NCBI GenBank assembly: GCA_035544015.1
Contig: DATKIP010000093.1
Span: 129,156-193,155 of the forward strand
Source of the DNA: Candidatus Saccharimonadia bacterium
Lineage (GTDB): Bacteria > Patescibacteriota > Saccharimonadia > UBA4664
DNA: 64,000 nucleotides
Direction: 5' to 3'
The notes beneath the pieces were generated by a model. It worked only from the letters and a program-made list of their open reading frames with translations. It was not told where the DNA came from and ran no database searches. Both the position numbers and the translations under genes were made by a program. Shown in pieces: positions 12,537 to 22,897 of the stretch (position 1 is the first letter of the stretch; every line of letters starts with the position of its first letter).

Positions 12537-12579
12537 GCGCGATTTAGCCTAAGCTAGATCGCGTTTTTGCTTATAAATC
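12537..12579 (+). repeat. 41-bp repeat element copy 2
   Basis: CGCGATTTAGCCTAAGCTAGATCGCGTTTTTGCTTATAAAT; preceded by hairpin GGGTCCGAGGG..CCTTGGACCC. Confidence 0.7.
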
Positions 12580-12650
12580 CAGGTTAGGGCGATAGCCCCA
12601 CCTCCAAAAGTCAGGGCCATCGCCGGCCAGTCTCGGTAGTTTGGCGCTAC

Positions 12651-13373
12651 CTACTGGCGGCCCAGCACCGTCAAGAAAGCCCGAAAGGCGCGCCGAACGG
12701 TGTTGACATCGTCTGTTGTCAGACTCCTCGAGTCGGTGAATTCCGGCGTCGTGTTTGATCGCACCCACCCCTGTGAGGTAGGCAGCCAAACATGAATCTC
12801 CGCGCGCCGTGCGTCCCGGTCGAGCAGTGGTGAGCTGGGCACAGATACCTGCAGCACCACGCCCGTCCGGCGTGGATACAGCCACAGGAACATCCCGCCT
12901 CCGGCCCCGGGCGCGAGCTCAGCGAAAAATTCCGGCACCGCCGCATCATCGAGGTCGCCACCGGTATTGACGAACATGGCCGCATACACAAAGCCCGGTA
13001 CGCCGCCGATGCGGGCAAAGCAGTACGGCTGGTCAGTGGGAAGTGCCGGCTTCCATGTGCCCTTCACGTTGACGGTGGGACAGTTGTGGGCCGACAGACC
13101 GCGCGGGGTGCCTGGTCGCTGCACCGGATTATACACCGGATGCAGGTTGCGGAGCGGCCGGCCGCACAGCTTGGCCATCATCAGCGTGAGGTGCTGGCCT
13201 TCGATCGCGCTGCGGGTCTGCGCTCCACAGGCCGCCTGCTTGATGGGCGGCGGCGTTGGGGTAGCGCTCGGCGTGACAACACTGCCGCCGTTACCGATAG
13301 CAGCACAGCCCGCCAGCAGGAGCGCGCTCGCCGACAGTCCCAGCCTTCCGCGGCGGGGGTTCCTCGTGCTCAT
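12651..13373 (-). CDS. lipoprotein, paralog family A (YCF.RI / VYAAM motifs)
   Basis: lipobox LLLAGC; SD GAGAGGA; shares YCFARIGG, VYAAM, C-terminal F.AFL motifs with 14652 and 15451 ORFs. Confidence 0.55.
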   Translation of the reverse strand: MSTRNPRRGRLGLSASALLLAGCAAIGNGGSVVTPSATPTPPPIKQAACGAQTRSAIEGQHLTLMMAKLCGRPLRNLHPVYNPVQRPGTPRGLSAHNCPTVNVKGTWKPALPTDQPYCFARIGGVPGFVYAAMFVNTGGDLDDAAVPEFFAELAPGAGGGMFLWLYPRRTGVVLQVSVPSSPLLDRDARRAEIHVWLPTSQGWVRSNTTPEFTDSRSLTTDDVNTVRRAFRAFLTVLGRQ

Positions 13374-13482
13374 GGCATCCTCTCGGGAACTCGGATCGTA
13401 CGGACCTAAACCTTATAGCATTAAAACCATAAGCAAATCAACAAGACCGCTCTCCGGCGCCACCCTCTGCTACAATCGAAAG

Positions 13483-14580
13483 ATGCCAACCGTTACCAAG
13501 CTCGAACAAACCTTTCTCGACCTCGTTGCCATCGATGAAGTACATCCCCACGAAGACCAGGTACTTGTCTACATTAAGCGCCGCCTCGATGCGGCCGGCG
13601 TACCTTTCCGCCAAGACGCCGCCGGCAACATTGTGGCGCAAATCGCCGGCGCGGCGGGCGGCCCGGCAATCGCGCTGGTCGGCCACACCGACATCGCCGC
13701 GCCGCTGGCCGGCCGCCAGGTGGTGGTGGCGGAGGGCGTCATCAAAACCGACGGCCACGGCCTGCTCGGCGCCGACGACAAAGCCGCCGTAGCCGCCATG
13801 CTCGAGCTGGCCGACGGCGCCACCTCAGCGCGTCCCGCCCGTACGATTGAGCTCGTGTTTACCGTGGGCGAGGAAGCCGGCTGCGTAGGCGCCGTGGGCC
13901 TCGACATGGCTCTCGTAAGCGCCAAACAGGCCGTGGTGCTCGATTGGACCGGCCGCGTCAACCGTGTCATCACGCGCAGCCCCGCTTACTTCAAGATCGA
14001 CGTCGAGTACCGCGGCCGCGCCGCGCACCCCGCCGAGTGGCAAGAGGGCAAAAACGCCGGCGCCGCCCTCATCGCCGCGGCCGCCCAGCTCCGCCAGGGT
14101 GAATACGCGTCCGGCGTTACCTGCAACATCGGCGTCATGCAATTCGGCGACGCGCGCAACAAAGTCCCCGGCCACGCCACCCTCCAAGCCGAGTTGCGCA
14201 GTTACGACACGGCCAAAATCACGGCCGCGGCGGCCGAAGGCGAGCGATTATTCCGCGCCACGGCCGCCCAACACGGCGTAGAAGCGCAGCTAGCGTTCGT
14301 GAAAGATTCCCCGGCCTACGAGCTCAATCAAGACGGCGAACTAATCACAATCGTCGAACAGGCTCTCGCCACCGCCGGCCTTCAGCCCCATCTTGAGCCC
14401 ACCTATGGCTGTTTCGACGGGAATATTCTGGCCGCTCGCGGCCTCGACACCATCATGCTTGGCGCCGCCTATTACCATCCCCACAGTGCCGAGGAATATC
14501 TCAACCGCGCCGAATTTGCCGAGCTGCTCACTGTCTTAAAAATACTCCTGTACCCACCCAAAGGCTCAAACCGCGTTTGA
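13483..14580 (+). CDS. M20-family metallopeptidase (peptidase T / ArgE-DapE-like)
   Basis: LVGHTDI, GADDKAAVAAMLE, FTVGEEAG metal-ligand motifs; start taken at ATG 13483 (upstream part of ORF is antisense to lipoprotein gene). Confidence 0.8.
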   Translation: MPTVTKLEQTFLDLVAIDEVHPHEDQVLVYIKRRLDAAGVPFRQDAAGNIVAQIAGAAGGPAIALVGHTDIAAPLAGRQVVVAEGVIKTDGHGLLGADDKAAVAAMLELADGATSARPARTIELVFTVGEEAGCVGAVGLDMALVSAKQAVVLDWTGRVNRVITRSPAYFKIDVEYRGRAAHPAEWQEGKNAGAALIAAAAQLRQGEYASGVTCNIGVMQFGDARNKVPGHATLQAELRSYDTAKITAAAAEGERLFRATAAQHGVEAQLAFVKDSPAYELNQDGELITIVEQALATAGLQPHLEPTYGCFDGNILAARGLDTIMLGAAYYHPHSAEEYLNRAEFAELLTVLKILLYPPKGSNRV

Positions 14581-14636
14581 GAACTTGGGTCGGGCAGTGG
14601 CCCTCCCCGGCGTTATTGCCGGCGAGGGCCACTACG
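14551..14636. repeat. ~85-nt repeat copy 1 with internal palindrome GGCCCTCCCCGGCG..CGCCGGCGAGGGCC
   Basis: near-identical copy at 15349-15436; lies in convergent intergenic region. Confidence 0.75.
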
Positions 14637-14651
14637 AGCGGCTCCCTGCGG

Positions 14652-15262
14652 TTATCCGGCCGCCCGGTCTAGAAAGTCATGAAAGTCATTGAGGAGGCCG
14701 GCCAGATCGGTAAAGCTCGGTCTGGGCACCACCTCCCATCCAGCCTTGCCGGGGCGCCACGACGCCACATTATCGCTCGTCAGGATGCTGGCCCCCACCG
14801 GTATCCGGAATAGCAGCCCGTCTGCCTGGAATACCCAGAAGTAATCACCGACCTCCTCGATGAAAAAAAGCGGCTGCGACGCCGGGTTGGTTTTGCCGTT
14901 GGCAGACGCGGGCATTGCCGCGTATACCGTTGGATAGTCACCCAGGCGGGGGAAACAGTACAGGGTGCCGCTGACAAACCGCCAGCCCTTGGCAGTGTGG
15001 TCGGCGGCGCAGCTTCCGGCCACGCCGAGAATGGTGGTCGCCGGTTTGTGATTCAGGTAGACCGGCTTCAGCTCCCGCAGCGCCTTGTTGCAGCTGAGCG
15101 TACCCGCATCGGCGACGTGCTCCTGCGCCGGAGCCCCGTGCAGCGTGCGGCCGCACAGACCCGCGGGCAAAAGCAGGATGGTCAGGCCTGTGGCAGCAAG
15201 GGCCGCTAATGCAAGCCCTCCCGCGGAGCTGAGAAGCCGCCCAACAAAAGTCTCTCTCGCCA
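14652..15262 (-). CDS. secreted protein, paralog family A
   Basis: SD GGAGGAGAGC before ATG at 15262; signal peptide; YCFPRLG, VYAAM, FHDFLDRAAG. Confidence 0.5.
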
Positions 15263-15348
15263 TGCTCTCCTCCGAGACTCGAACGTTTGCGGACGATAAA
15301 ATTATGCAACCAAGGCTCGTGCCAAGCAATGAGCCAAAACACCACTTC

Positions 15349-15436
15349 TATCCCACCCAAAGCCTCAAACCAATGCTTGAGAACTTGGGTCGGGCAGTGG
15401 CCCTCCCCGGCGTCATTGCCGGCGAGGGCCACCACG
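15349..15436. repeat. ~85-nt repeat copy 2
   Basis: ACCCACCCAAAGCCTCAAACC..TTGAGAACTTGGGTCGGGCAGTGGCCCTCCCCGGCGTCATTGCCGGCGAGGGCCAC. Confidence 0.75.
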
Positions 15437-15450
15437 GACGGTCCTGGCGA

Positions 15451-16089
15451 TCAGCTGCCCGCGCGGACCAGGAAGTCATCGAAGGTGGTCACCAGTGTGA
15501 CGAGCTGGTCGGCGGCTATGCCGTCGCGAGCCTCATCCAGACCGCCCGGCTGACGCACCCACTTTGCGCCGACTGACCGCAACACCGTCAGCTGTCCCGC
15601 AGCTCGCTCCCGCTTGGCCGTGGGCGAAGCAATCAACGAGCCGGTCGCAGGCACGAATACCCAGTCGACACTCTTCACTCGCTGCACGAAGATGGGCGGA
15701 TTGGACTTCGATCCGATCTCCGCCGGCGGCGCCGCCGCAAAGACCGAGCGCGCCGCCGTGATCCGCGGGAAGCAGTAGGGGGTCTGGAAGTTCAGCGTGG
15801 GCTTCTTGGTGTCAGACGCACAGCTCTTGTACAAGCCCCGATTCCCCTGCTTGGGGTAATGCGTGTCGTAGGCGACCCCGATCTCCTCGAGTGACTGATT
15901 GCAGTGCTGGAAGCCCACGGTGGCCGCAGCAGAATTCGGCCGCGGCGCAATGGGCGCGCAATCCGCACCACTGTGGTTGAGGCCACCTTTGGCGACGGTA
16001 ACCACGCCGGCCGCGGCAACCAGCCCCAATGTAACCCTTACTATTCGTGGTACTTTCAGTTTCACGATTTCCCTCCGGGGGTCTCGCAT
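15451..16089 (-). CDS. secreted/membrane-anchored protein, paralog family A
   Basis: YCFPRITAA, VFAAAPP, FDDFLVRAGS motifs shared with 12651 and 14652 ORFs. Confidence 0.5.
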   Translation of the reverse strand: MRDPRREIVKLKVPRIVRVTLGLVAAAGVVTVAKGGLNHSGADCAPIAPRPNSAAATVGFQHCNQSLEEIGVAYDTHYPKQGNRGLYKSCASDTKKPTLNFQTPYCFPRITAARSVFAAAPPAEIGSKSNPPIFVQRVKSVDWVFVPATGSLIASPTAKRERAAGQLTVLRSVGAKWVRQPGGLDEARDGIAADQLVTLVTTFDDFLVRAGS

Positions 16090-16202
16090 CGGTTCAGGAC
16101 GGTAACGATTATGCGATATTGGAGCGCAAAAAGCAATTCGCGGCGCCGAGCGCCCGGCGCCAATCTATGGCATGATAGAAGCACTAACGGGACCGCCTCA
16201 TC

Positions 16203-16748
16203 ATGAGCAAATGGCAACGCCTGTCCGGCAAAATCGTGTACCAAAACAATTACATGAGCGTCCACGAAGACGAAGTAATCGCTCCCGACGGCCGCGCCAC
16301 CGTGTATGGCTGGATCGAAACGCCGCCGGCCGTGTTCATCGTAGCGCTCGGCGATCAAGACCGCGTCTGCCTGGTAGAGCAGGAGCGCTACACCACCGGC
16401 GCGCCGTCGTGGGAAATCCCGGCCGGCAACACCGACGGCGAAGACGACACCGACGCCGCCAAGCGGGAGCTCGCCGAAGAGGCCGGCCTCCACGCCGACA
16501 AATGGGAACGCCTGCCGGTGCAAACCTACCCCTTCAACGGCTTCGCGGCCGAGCGCAACATCATCTTCATCGCCACCGGCCTACATCAAGTCCGGGAACC
16601 TGTCGGCGCCACCGACGACACCATCACCGCCAAGCGTTGGGTGAGCTGGCCGGAACTCAAAAAAATGCTCTCCAAGGGCGAAATCACCGACGCCCAAACC
16701 ATTTCTGCCGTTATGTTGGCCGGCCTGCACCTGGGGCATATCAAATAA
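16203..16748 (+). CDS. NUDIX hydrolase (ADP-ribose pyrophosphatase-like)
   Basis: Nudix box GNTDGEDDTDAAKRELAEEAGL. Confidence 0.85.
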   Translation: MSKWQRLSGKIVYQNNYMSVHEDEVIAPDGRATVYGWIETPPAVFIVALGDQDRVCLVEQERYTTGAPSWEIPAGNTDGEDDTDAAKRELAEEAGLHADKWERLPVQTYPFNGFAAERNIIFIATGLHQVREPVGATDDTITAKRWVSWPELKKMLSKGEITDAQTISAVMLAGLHLGHIK

Positions 16749-16773
16749 ACCGTCCGACTTGAGCCCGCACCTC

Positions 16774-16803
16774 TTTACAAGATCGGCCTGGCTTGTCTAT
16801 AAT
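16774..16803 (+). promoter_or_regulatory. sigma70-like promoter of tuf (TTTACA-18-TATAAT)
   Basis: -35 16774-16779, -10 16798-16803, ~155-nt leader. Confidence 0.55.
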
Positions 16804-16959
16804 GATTGGGTCCCAAGTGGGCAAAATTTTTTATGTTCACAAAGTAATAAATCGATTCCACTGTAGATCGCTGATGCGGCCGCCGATTGGCAGTCCGCTA
16901 GGGGCTAGCAAAAGCCACATTATCAATCTGTAGTGGAACATATTAAGGAGAGTTAAAGA

Positions 16960-18144
<1,185 letters not shown>

Positions 18145-18169
18145 GTTTGCCCACCGCAAACGACCGCAA

Positions 18170-18196
18170 AAAGCGGGCCTTCGGGTCCGCTTTTTT
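18170..18196 (+). terminator. rho-independent terminator after tuf
   Basis: GCGGGCC-ttcg-GGTCCGC followed by TTTTTT. Confidence 0.75.
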
Positions 18197-18214
18197 GTGG
18201 TGTACAATCAATCC

Positions 18215-18868
18215 ATGAAGGTTAAGCTTACCGCCGAAGCCTCGGTCCAAAAAGCCTCGGTCAAACTCGGTCTGCTAGCCGCCGCCGGCCTCGCTGCCGG
18301 CCTGCTCGCCGGCACGCTGGCCTCATGGAAAATCGCGCCCCTCGTAGCCTGGGATACGCTCGCGTTTGCCTATGTAGCGGCTACCTGGCTCAAGATTACC
18401 AAATACGACGCAGCGCTCGTCAAAAAGCACGCCACCCGCGAAGATCCCTCGCGCGTGGCGTCCGATCTCATTCTCATCGGTGCCAGCGTCGCGAGCCTTG
18501 GAGCCGTCGCGGTGCTGCTGGCGGGCTCGGCCAGCTCCGGGCAGTCCACCAAACTAGCACTCACGGCGCTCGGTATGCTGAGCGTGATCGCGTCTTGGCT
18601 GATGGTGCATACCGTGTACGCTCTGCGTTACGCCGAGCTCTACTATTCCCAGCCCGAAGGTGGGGTAGATTTTGGCGGTCAGAAGCCACAATATGTTGAT
18701 TTTGCCTACCTGGCGTTTACCATCGGCATGACGTACCAGGTTTCGGATACCACCCTCACCACCCGGGCTTTCCGCGCCACTGCGCTCAAACACGCGCTAT
18801 TGGGCTTCCTGCTGGGCACCGTTATCATCGCTACTACCATCAATCTCGTGGCCGGACTGGTCAAATAA
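18215..18868 (+). CDS. DUF1345-family integral membrane protein (probably leaderless mRNA)
   Basis: motifs LRYAELYY, GGVDFGG, DFAYLAFTIGMTYQVSDT; TACAAT -10 at 18203-18208 just upstream of ATG 18215. Confidence 0.6.
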   Translation: MKVKLTAEASVQKASVKLGLLAAAGLAAGLLAGTLASWKIAPLVAWDTLAFAYVAATWLKITKYDAALVKKHATREDPSRVASDLILIGASVASLGAVAVLLAGSASSGQSTKLALTALGMLSVIASWLMVHTVYALRYAELYYSQPEGGVDFGGQKPQYVDFAYLAFTIGMTYQVSDTTLTTRAFRATALKHALLGFLLGTVIIATTINLVAGLVK

Positions 18869-18960
18869 TCGCTTCAACTAGCCAATTCTGATACACTCCG
18901 CTCAGGTGAACGCACCTCACAACCCGTTTCGTCGCGCCCCGCCTCCGGGAGGAGATAGTC

Positions 18961-19824
18961 ATGCAGCCATCAAGTGCAGCTACCGTACGTCTCCGCTGCC
19001 CGCACCCACATCAGCACCTCGGAACCAACCCACGGACAGAACCTCCGGGAGCCATTGAGCTCGCCGGGTCCATGCGGGGCTGGCTTCAGCATGCGCTGGC
19101 CATCGGTTCCCCCAAGGAGCCCGAAGCGTCGCAGCACGACGTGCACCTGTTCTACCTCGCGTCGCTGGCCACGCAATTCCCCTCGCCGCAGCCGGGACTG
19201 CTAAGCCCCGAACACGAGCTTCTAGGCGCCCCGTGCTCCGCCGTCGCCATGATCCCCTATGGGCTGCTCGACGGCGTGCCCTGCTCTGCTATCAGCTTCC
19301 TGGAGTACTGGGGCGAACCAGGCGCGAGCTCATGCTCCGTGATCGGCTCGGTGCTGGCCACGGCGGCCGGCCACCAACTCGTCTACAGCATGAGCGCCGC
19401 CCACAGCCTGTTCTGGGACCCGGATGAAATGCCGTCGGACGCCAACAGTCCGCTCAGCTTGTACCTGTCTCGAGCGTGGCATCCGATCCCGGGCTCGCCG
19501 CTCGCCCGAGCTATCCAGCTCAACTGCAACGGTGGCATCATGGATAGCCATGAGCTCTTCGAGGGCAGCGTGCTGGCCGGAGTGTTCGGCTTGCTCCGGA
19601 GCGAAGGCGCGCTCATTCTGCCGCCCGGCAATTACAGCGTGGCCATGATGGCCGCTGTGCTACCCACCCTCATCCGGCGCGACTACGTCTTCTACACGAT
19701 CGGATCAGAGGGTGATATTCAGCACTACTGCCCCCGTCTGGGCATCGAATCCGTCCTGCTCACGGCGCCCGTGCTCGTCCTGGCTCAGCGCCACCGGCAA
19801 GCGTTCAACGACTACATCATCTAG
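18961..19824 (+). CDS. hypothetical protein (287 aa)
   Basis: SD GGGAGGAG upstream; no recognisable family. Confidence 0.5.
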   Translation: MQPSSAATVRLRCPHPHQHLGTNPRTEPPGAIELAGSMRGWLQHALAIGSPKEPEASQHDVHLFYLASLATQFPSPQPGLLSPEHELLGAPCSAVAMIPYGLLDGVPCSAISFLEYWGEPGASSCSVIGSVLATAAGHQLVYSMSAAHSLFWDPDEMPSDANSPLSLYLSRAWHPIPGSPLARAIQLNCNGGIMDSHELFEGSVLAGVFGLLRSEGALILPPGNYSVAMMAAVLPTLIRRDYVFYTIGSEGDIQHYCPRLGIESVLLTAPVLVLAQRHRQAFNDYII

Positions 19825-19825
19825 C

Positions 19826-19870
19826 CCCGAGGAGCCTGAGGCCCCTTGGGGCTTCAGCGCGTTTAGGCAC
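19826..19870 (+). repeat. 45-nt hairpin repeat copy 1 (..GAGGAGC.TGA.GCCCCT.GGGGCTTCA..GCGTTTAGGCAC)
   Basis: direct repeat of 21557-21602; starts right after stop of 18961 gene. Confidence 0.75.
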
Positions 19871-19965
19871 AAAAAAGCCCCCAGAACAGGGGAGTGGAGG
19901 ATAATTGCCGTGGTCTCGGTCCCGGGTTTCCCCGGGGCCGAGTTCCACCTTCGCACCGTGCGGGA

Positions 19966-20283
19966 TCAGAGGGCGAGCAGGCCAAGCCCGAGACATACGA
20001 TGGCGTACGGCGCCTGCCAGATCAGCAAGGCGCGGTAGCGCCCCACTCGGAACTCCTGAAGCACCTTCCAGCCGCACAAAGCCGCCCCGGCGAGTGCCAG
20101 CAGGCAGGCGAAGAACGCGGCGTCCGGGGCGTAGGCGGTGTGAATGGCGGCGCCCTGCCGGGCATTCCAGGCGGCGACCGCCACGAGCCCGAGGTAGCCG
20201 ATGAGCCCGATGAGTTCCGGCCATGTCAGCGAGTTCGCCTTCGGCTGGGGGATCGCCCCGGCCGCGTCGGCGTTCTGGGTCAT
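19966..20283 (-). CDS. small membrane protein
   Basis: SD GAAGGAG before ATG at 20283; 3 predicted TM helices. Confidence 0.35.
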   Translation of the reverse strand: MTQNADAAGAIPQPKANSLTWPELIGLIGYLGLVAVAAWNARQGAAIHTAYAPDAAFFACLLALAGAALCGWKVLQEFRVGRYRALLIWQAPYAIVCLGLGLLAL

Positions 20284-20297
20284 GGTGCTCCTTCGAG

Positions 20298-20615
20298 TCA
20301 GGCGACGTTGGCCGCGTTCAGGATCAGCATGGAGACCGCAATGGCCAGCCCTAGTACCACGAATGAGCCAGCCACCACCCACAGGCCCCAGTCACCCGCG
20401 CGGAGCCGCAGGTAGCTCTCTCCTGCGAGCAGCCCCATCAGTACCGCGGTCAGCGCGAGCAGGATCAGCGCCAGTATCCACGGGACATGCGGCACCATGA
20501 CGGCGCCGAATGCCATGAGGCCCGCGACGATCACGCCCAGGATTACCGCCAGCGCATGGCGTTTACTGGTCGTTTCTGTCGGGTCCGATATCTCACCCAT
20601 GTCGATGATCTCCAT
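20298..20615 (-). CDS. small membrane protein (start 20615 or 20600)
   Basis: hydrophobic ORF; GGAG SD before internal ATG at 20600. Confidence 0.35.
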   Translation of the reverse strand: MEIIDMGEISDPTETTSKRHALAVILGVIVAGLMAFGAVMVPHVPWILALILLALTAVLMGLLAGESYLRLRAGDWGLWVVAGSFVVLGLAIAVSMLILNAANVA

Positions 20616-20725
20616 TTCTGTGCGAAAGATGGAAGACCAACTATACCCACAAAGAGCCAAAAAATCAACCCAACCAAACCTGAATCTCAAAACCCCAGCC
20701 TTATTTCGAGTGACTCGGTGATTTT

Positions 20726-20740
20726 TGACAATTTTTGTCA
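20726..20740. promoter_or_regulatory. perfect palindrome TGACAA-TTT-TTGTCA in AT-rich divergent intergenic region
   Basis: 6-3-6 inverted repeat between minus-strand membrane genes and plus-strand 20889 ORF. Confidence 0.4.
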
Positions 20741-20888
20741 TTTTTTGCCTATCCGTTCTAATGGACTCAGTGAGAGCGAGGAAGATTTAGGGGGTTTCGA
20801 GACTCAGGTACCACGGGTAATTGACAAAACATCAAGAAAGTTATATTTTCATAAAGTTCGTCCCGCCCACAGATGAGGTGAGAGACCC

Positions 20889-21674
20889 ATGACCGAGCTC
20901 CCGATCCAGGCGCTCCCGCGCGACGGCTACCTCGCATTCTCCGGAATGAGCTGCGTTACGGAGTTTTGGAAATTCGCCGGTACATCGTTGCTCAACGACA
21001 TTCCGACCGATTCAATGCATTTCCCGTCCATGACCGATTATGCCTGGGGCACTCTTCAGGCGTGGCCGCTATCCGGCGGAAGGGAAGTAGTCGATGTCGG
21101 TGGCGAAGCCGAGCCGGACCAGAACCGACGGGGGCGCCGCCTGTTCTTCCTGACGCTGCCCGGCTCCCCCGCCTGGATCATTACGCTGATTCTCACGGCT
21201 ACGCCGATGTGGCAGCCGCCCGGAACCCTGGATCTGCGCCTAATACGGACGCGCGGTGTGGTCGAGTACGCAGACCCGGGGCCACACCGGCGCAGCCTCA
21301 CAGCCCTCGTCTACATTGGCTTCGGCGGCTTCGGCGCTTGCGTCGAACTCGTCGGAGCCAATGGTCAGACCGTCCACCGACAGGTTTTCGAGCCCGGCGA
21401 TGCCGTCCTGTTCGACGACCGGCGCCTCCGCCCCGCCTGTTGTCGCCCCATCGGCTCCGGGGCGTCGGTGATTATCTCGAAATCACCTTCTGCCAGCCGA
21501 GCACCCATCCGCTGCCGCACACACGCCGCGCCCACATCATCCCGACCAACCCGATGCCCTGAGGAGCATGAAGCCCCTCGGGGCTTCATGGCGTTTAGGC
21601 ACAGATTGACAAAACCGCCTGAGCCATGCTTAAATCAAAGCCAAACACGTGAGAGTGTATTTACTATTAATTGA
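20889..21674 (+). CDS. hypothetical protein, possibly degraded (C-terminal third reads through a repeat element, low-complexity)
   Basis: SD GAGGTGAG; N-terminal half protein-like (..[15 protein letters not shown]..), C-terminal R/P/S-rich stretch overlaps repeat copy 2. Confidence 0.3.
   Translation: MTELPIQALPRDGYLAFSGMSCVTEFWKFAGTSLLNDIPTDSMHFPSMTDYAWGTLQAWPLSGGREVVDVGGEAEPDQNRRGRRLFFLTLPGSPAWIITLILTATPMWQPPGTLDLRLIRTRGVVEYADPGPHRRSLTALVYIGFGGFGACVELVGANGQTVHRQVFEPGDAVLFDDRRLRPACCRPIGSGASVIISKSPSASRAPIRCRTHAAPTSSRPTRCPEEHEAPRGFMAFRHRLTKPPEPCLNQSQTRESVFTIN
21557..21602 (+). repeat. 45-nt hairpin repeat copy 2
   Basis: CCCTGAGGAGCATGAAGCCCCTCGGGGCTTCATGGCGTTTAGGCAC. Confidence 0.75.
21606..21635 (+). 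promoter_or_regulatory. sigma70-like promoter of rpsJ (TTGACA-18-TTAAAT)
   Basis: -35 21606-21611, -10 21630-21635, ~60-nt leader. Confidence 0.55.
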
Positions 21675-21694
21675 TCGAAAGATAGCACCTACCC

Positions 21695-22027
21695 ATGGCC
21701 ACAGCCGAAGTCAAAGCCCCCGATAAGCAGCGCATTCGCATTCGCCTCAAGGCGTACGATTCCAAAGTGATCGACCAGTCCGCCAAACAAATCATCGACA
21801 CCGCCACCCGTACCGGCGCCACCGTCGCCGGCCCCATCCCGCTGCCGACCGAAAAAAACTCCATGACCGTCCTCCGCTCGCCCCACATCTTCAAAGATGC
21901 CCGCGAGCAATTCGAAATGCGCACCCACAAGCGCCTCATCGACATCACCGAGCCCACCCCCAAGACCATCGACGCCCTCATGAACCTCAACCTCCCCGCC
22001 GGCGTCGACATCGAAATCAAAATGTAA
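21695..22027 (+). CDS. rpsJ: 30S ribosomal protein S10 (monocistronic here)
   Basis: [10 protein letters not shown]...[10 protein letters not shown]; 110 aa. Confidence 0.97.
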   Translation: MATAEVKAPDKQRIRIRLKAYDSKVIDQSAKQIIDTATRTGATVAGPIPLPTEKNSMTVLRSPHIFKDAREQFEMRTHKRLIDITEPTPKTIDALMNLNLPAGVDIEIKM

Positions 22028-22045
22028 CTAACGCCCGCTCCAACA

Positions 22046-22067
22046 GCCCCGCTCCGGCGGGGTTTTT
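22046..22067 (+). terminator. rho-independent terminator after rpsJ
   Basis: CCCCGC-tccg-GCGGGG + TTTTT. Confidence 0.7.
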
Positions 22068-22079
22068 GGTTTAGGGGTG

Positions 22080-22109
22080 TTGACTGCTTGATATCTTTTT
22101 TGATATCAT
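22080..22109 (+). promoter_or_regulatory. promoter/operator of TA module: TTGACT -35 plus tandem direct repeat TTGATATC-TTTT-TTGATATC
   Basis: repeats 22088-22095 and 22100-22107 each contain palindrome GATATC; 23 nt upstream of higB ATG. Confidence 0.5.
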
Positions 22110-22130
22110 CAAGGTGTTTCGGAGCCAAAC

Positions 22131-22481
22131 ATGAAGTACGAAGTAAAATTTTATGAGGCTCCGAACGGCAAGCGGCCCGCTGAGGATTTTCTAAGCAAGC
22201 TTTGGAGGAAACAACCTAAGTTAGCAAAACATACCCTAGCAAATCTCAAAAAACTAGAAGATTCAGAAAGACACGGCCCCCCATTGGTTAAAAATCTCGA
22301 GGATAATTTGTTCGAACTTCGGACGGGATCAGCAAATATCACCCGGATCTTTTTCTCGTATAGGCAGGACCAGAGCATTTGGTTGCTAAGTGGATACGTA
22401 AAAACTACGGATAGGATTCCGCAAACCGAACTAGATAAAGCTCGAGCCTTGCGGGACGAGTGTGAAAGGAGCAGACAATGA
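22131..22481 (+). CDS. higB: type II toxin, HigB / phage Gp49-like (DUF891, RelE/ParE superfamily)
   Basis: [15 protein letters not shown]...LFELR...RIFF; low-GC segment. Confidence 0.8.
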   Translation: MKYEVKFYEAPNGKRPAEDFLSKLWRKQPKLAKHTLANLKKLEDSERHGPPLVKNLEDNLFELRTGSANITRIFFSYRQDQSIWLLSGYVKTTDRIPQTELDKARALRDECERSRQ

Positions 22482-22897
22482 CAAGAAGCCTTAATGATTT
22501 CATAGACGATCAGCGTCGAGAAGACTCTGATATTGATCGGGAGCTAATTGAGTTAGGAAACTACACTGATCTCGCGCTGAAAATCCAAAACCTTCGAACG
22601 TCCCGAGGTTTATCGCAGCGTGATTTAGCCGAAATGATTGGCACAGGCCAGGCCAATATTAATCGGTGGGAGACCCCTGGATATGCTAGCTACACAGTGA
22701 ATAGTCTTAAGAAGCTTTCTAGGGCGCTAGGGGTGGCACTAAAAATTGATCTAGAGCAGGCGGCGCAGATCAGAATAGATAAGCCATACAAATTCTTAGT
22801 GCAAATTGAGCGTAGCCCATATGACGTAACGATTAATCCTAGCAGGCAACGCGAAGAGGCCAACAACTACTATCCATCAAGCGGAGGAATAAAATGA
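22478..22897 (+). CDS. higA: HTH XRE-family antitoxin (HigA-like)
   Basis: LRTSRGLSQRDLAEMIGTGQANINRWE HTH; start overlaps higB stop (ATGA). Confidence 0.75.
   Translation: MTRSLNDFIDDQRREDSDIDRELIELGNYTDLALKIQNLRTSRGLSQRDLAEMIGTGQANINRWETPGYASYTVNSLKKLSRALGVALKIDLEQAAQIRIDKPYKFLVQIERSPYDVTINPSRQREEANNYYPSSGGIK

Noticed and set aside
12967-13482. N-terminal 172 codons of the 537-aa ORF containing the M20 peptidase
   Set aside because: This stretch is antisense to the SD-supported lipoprotein gene 12651-13373. The peptidase homology begins at ATG 13483, so the upstream extension is spurious.
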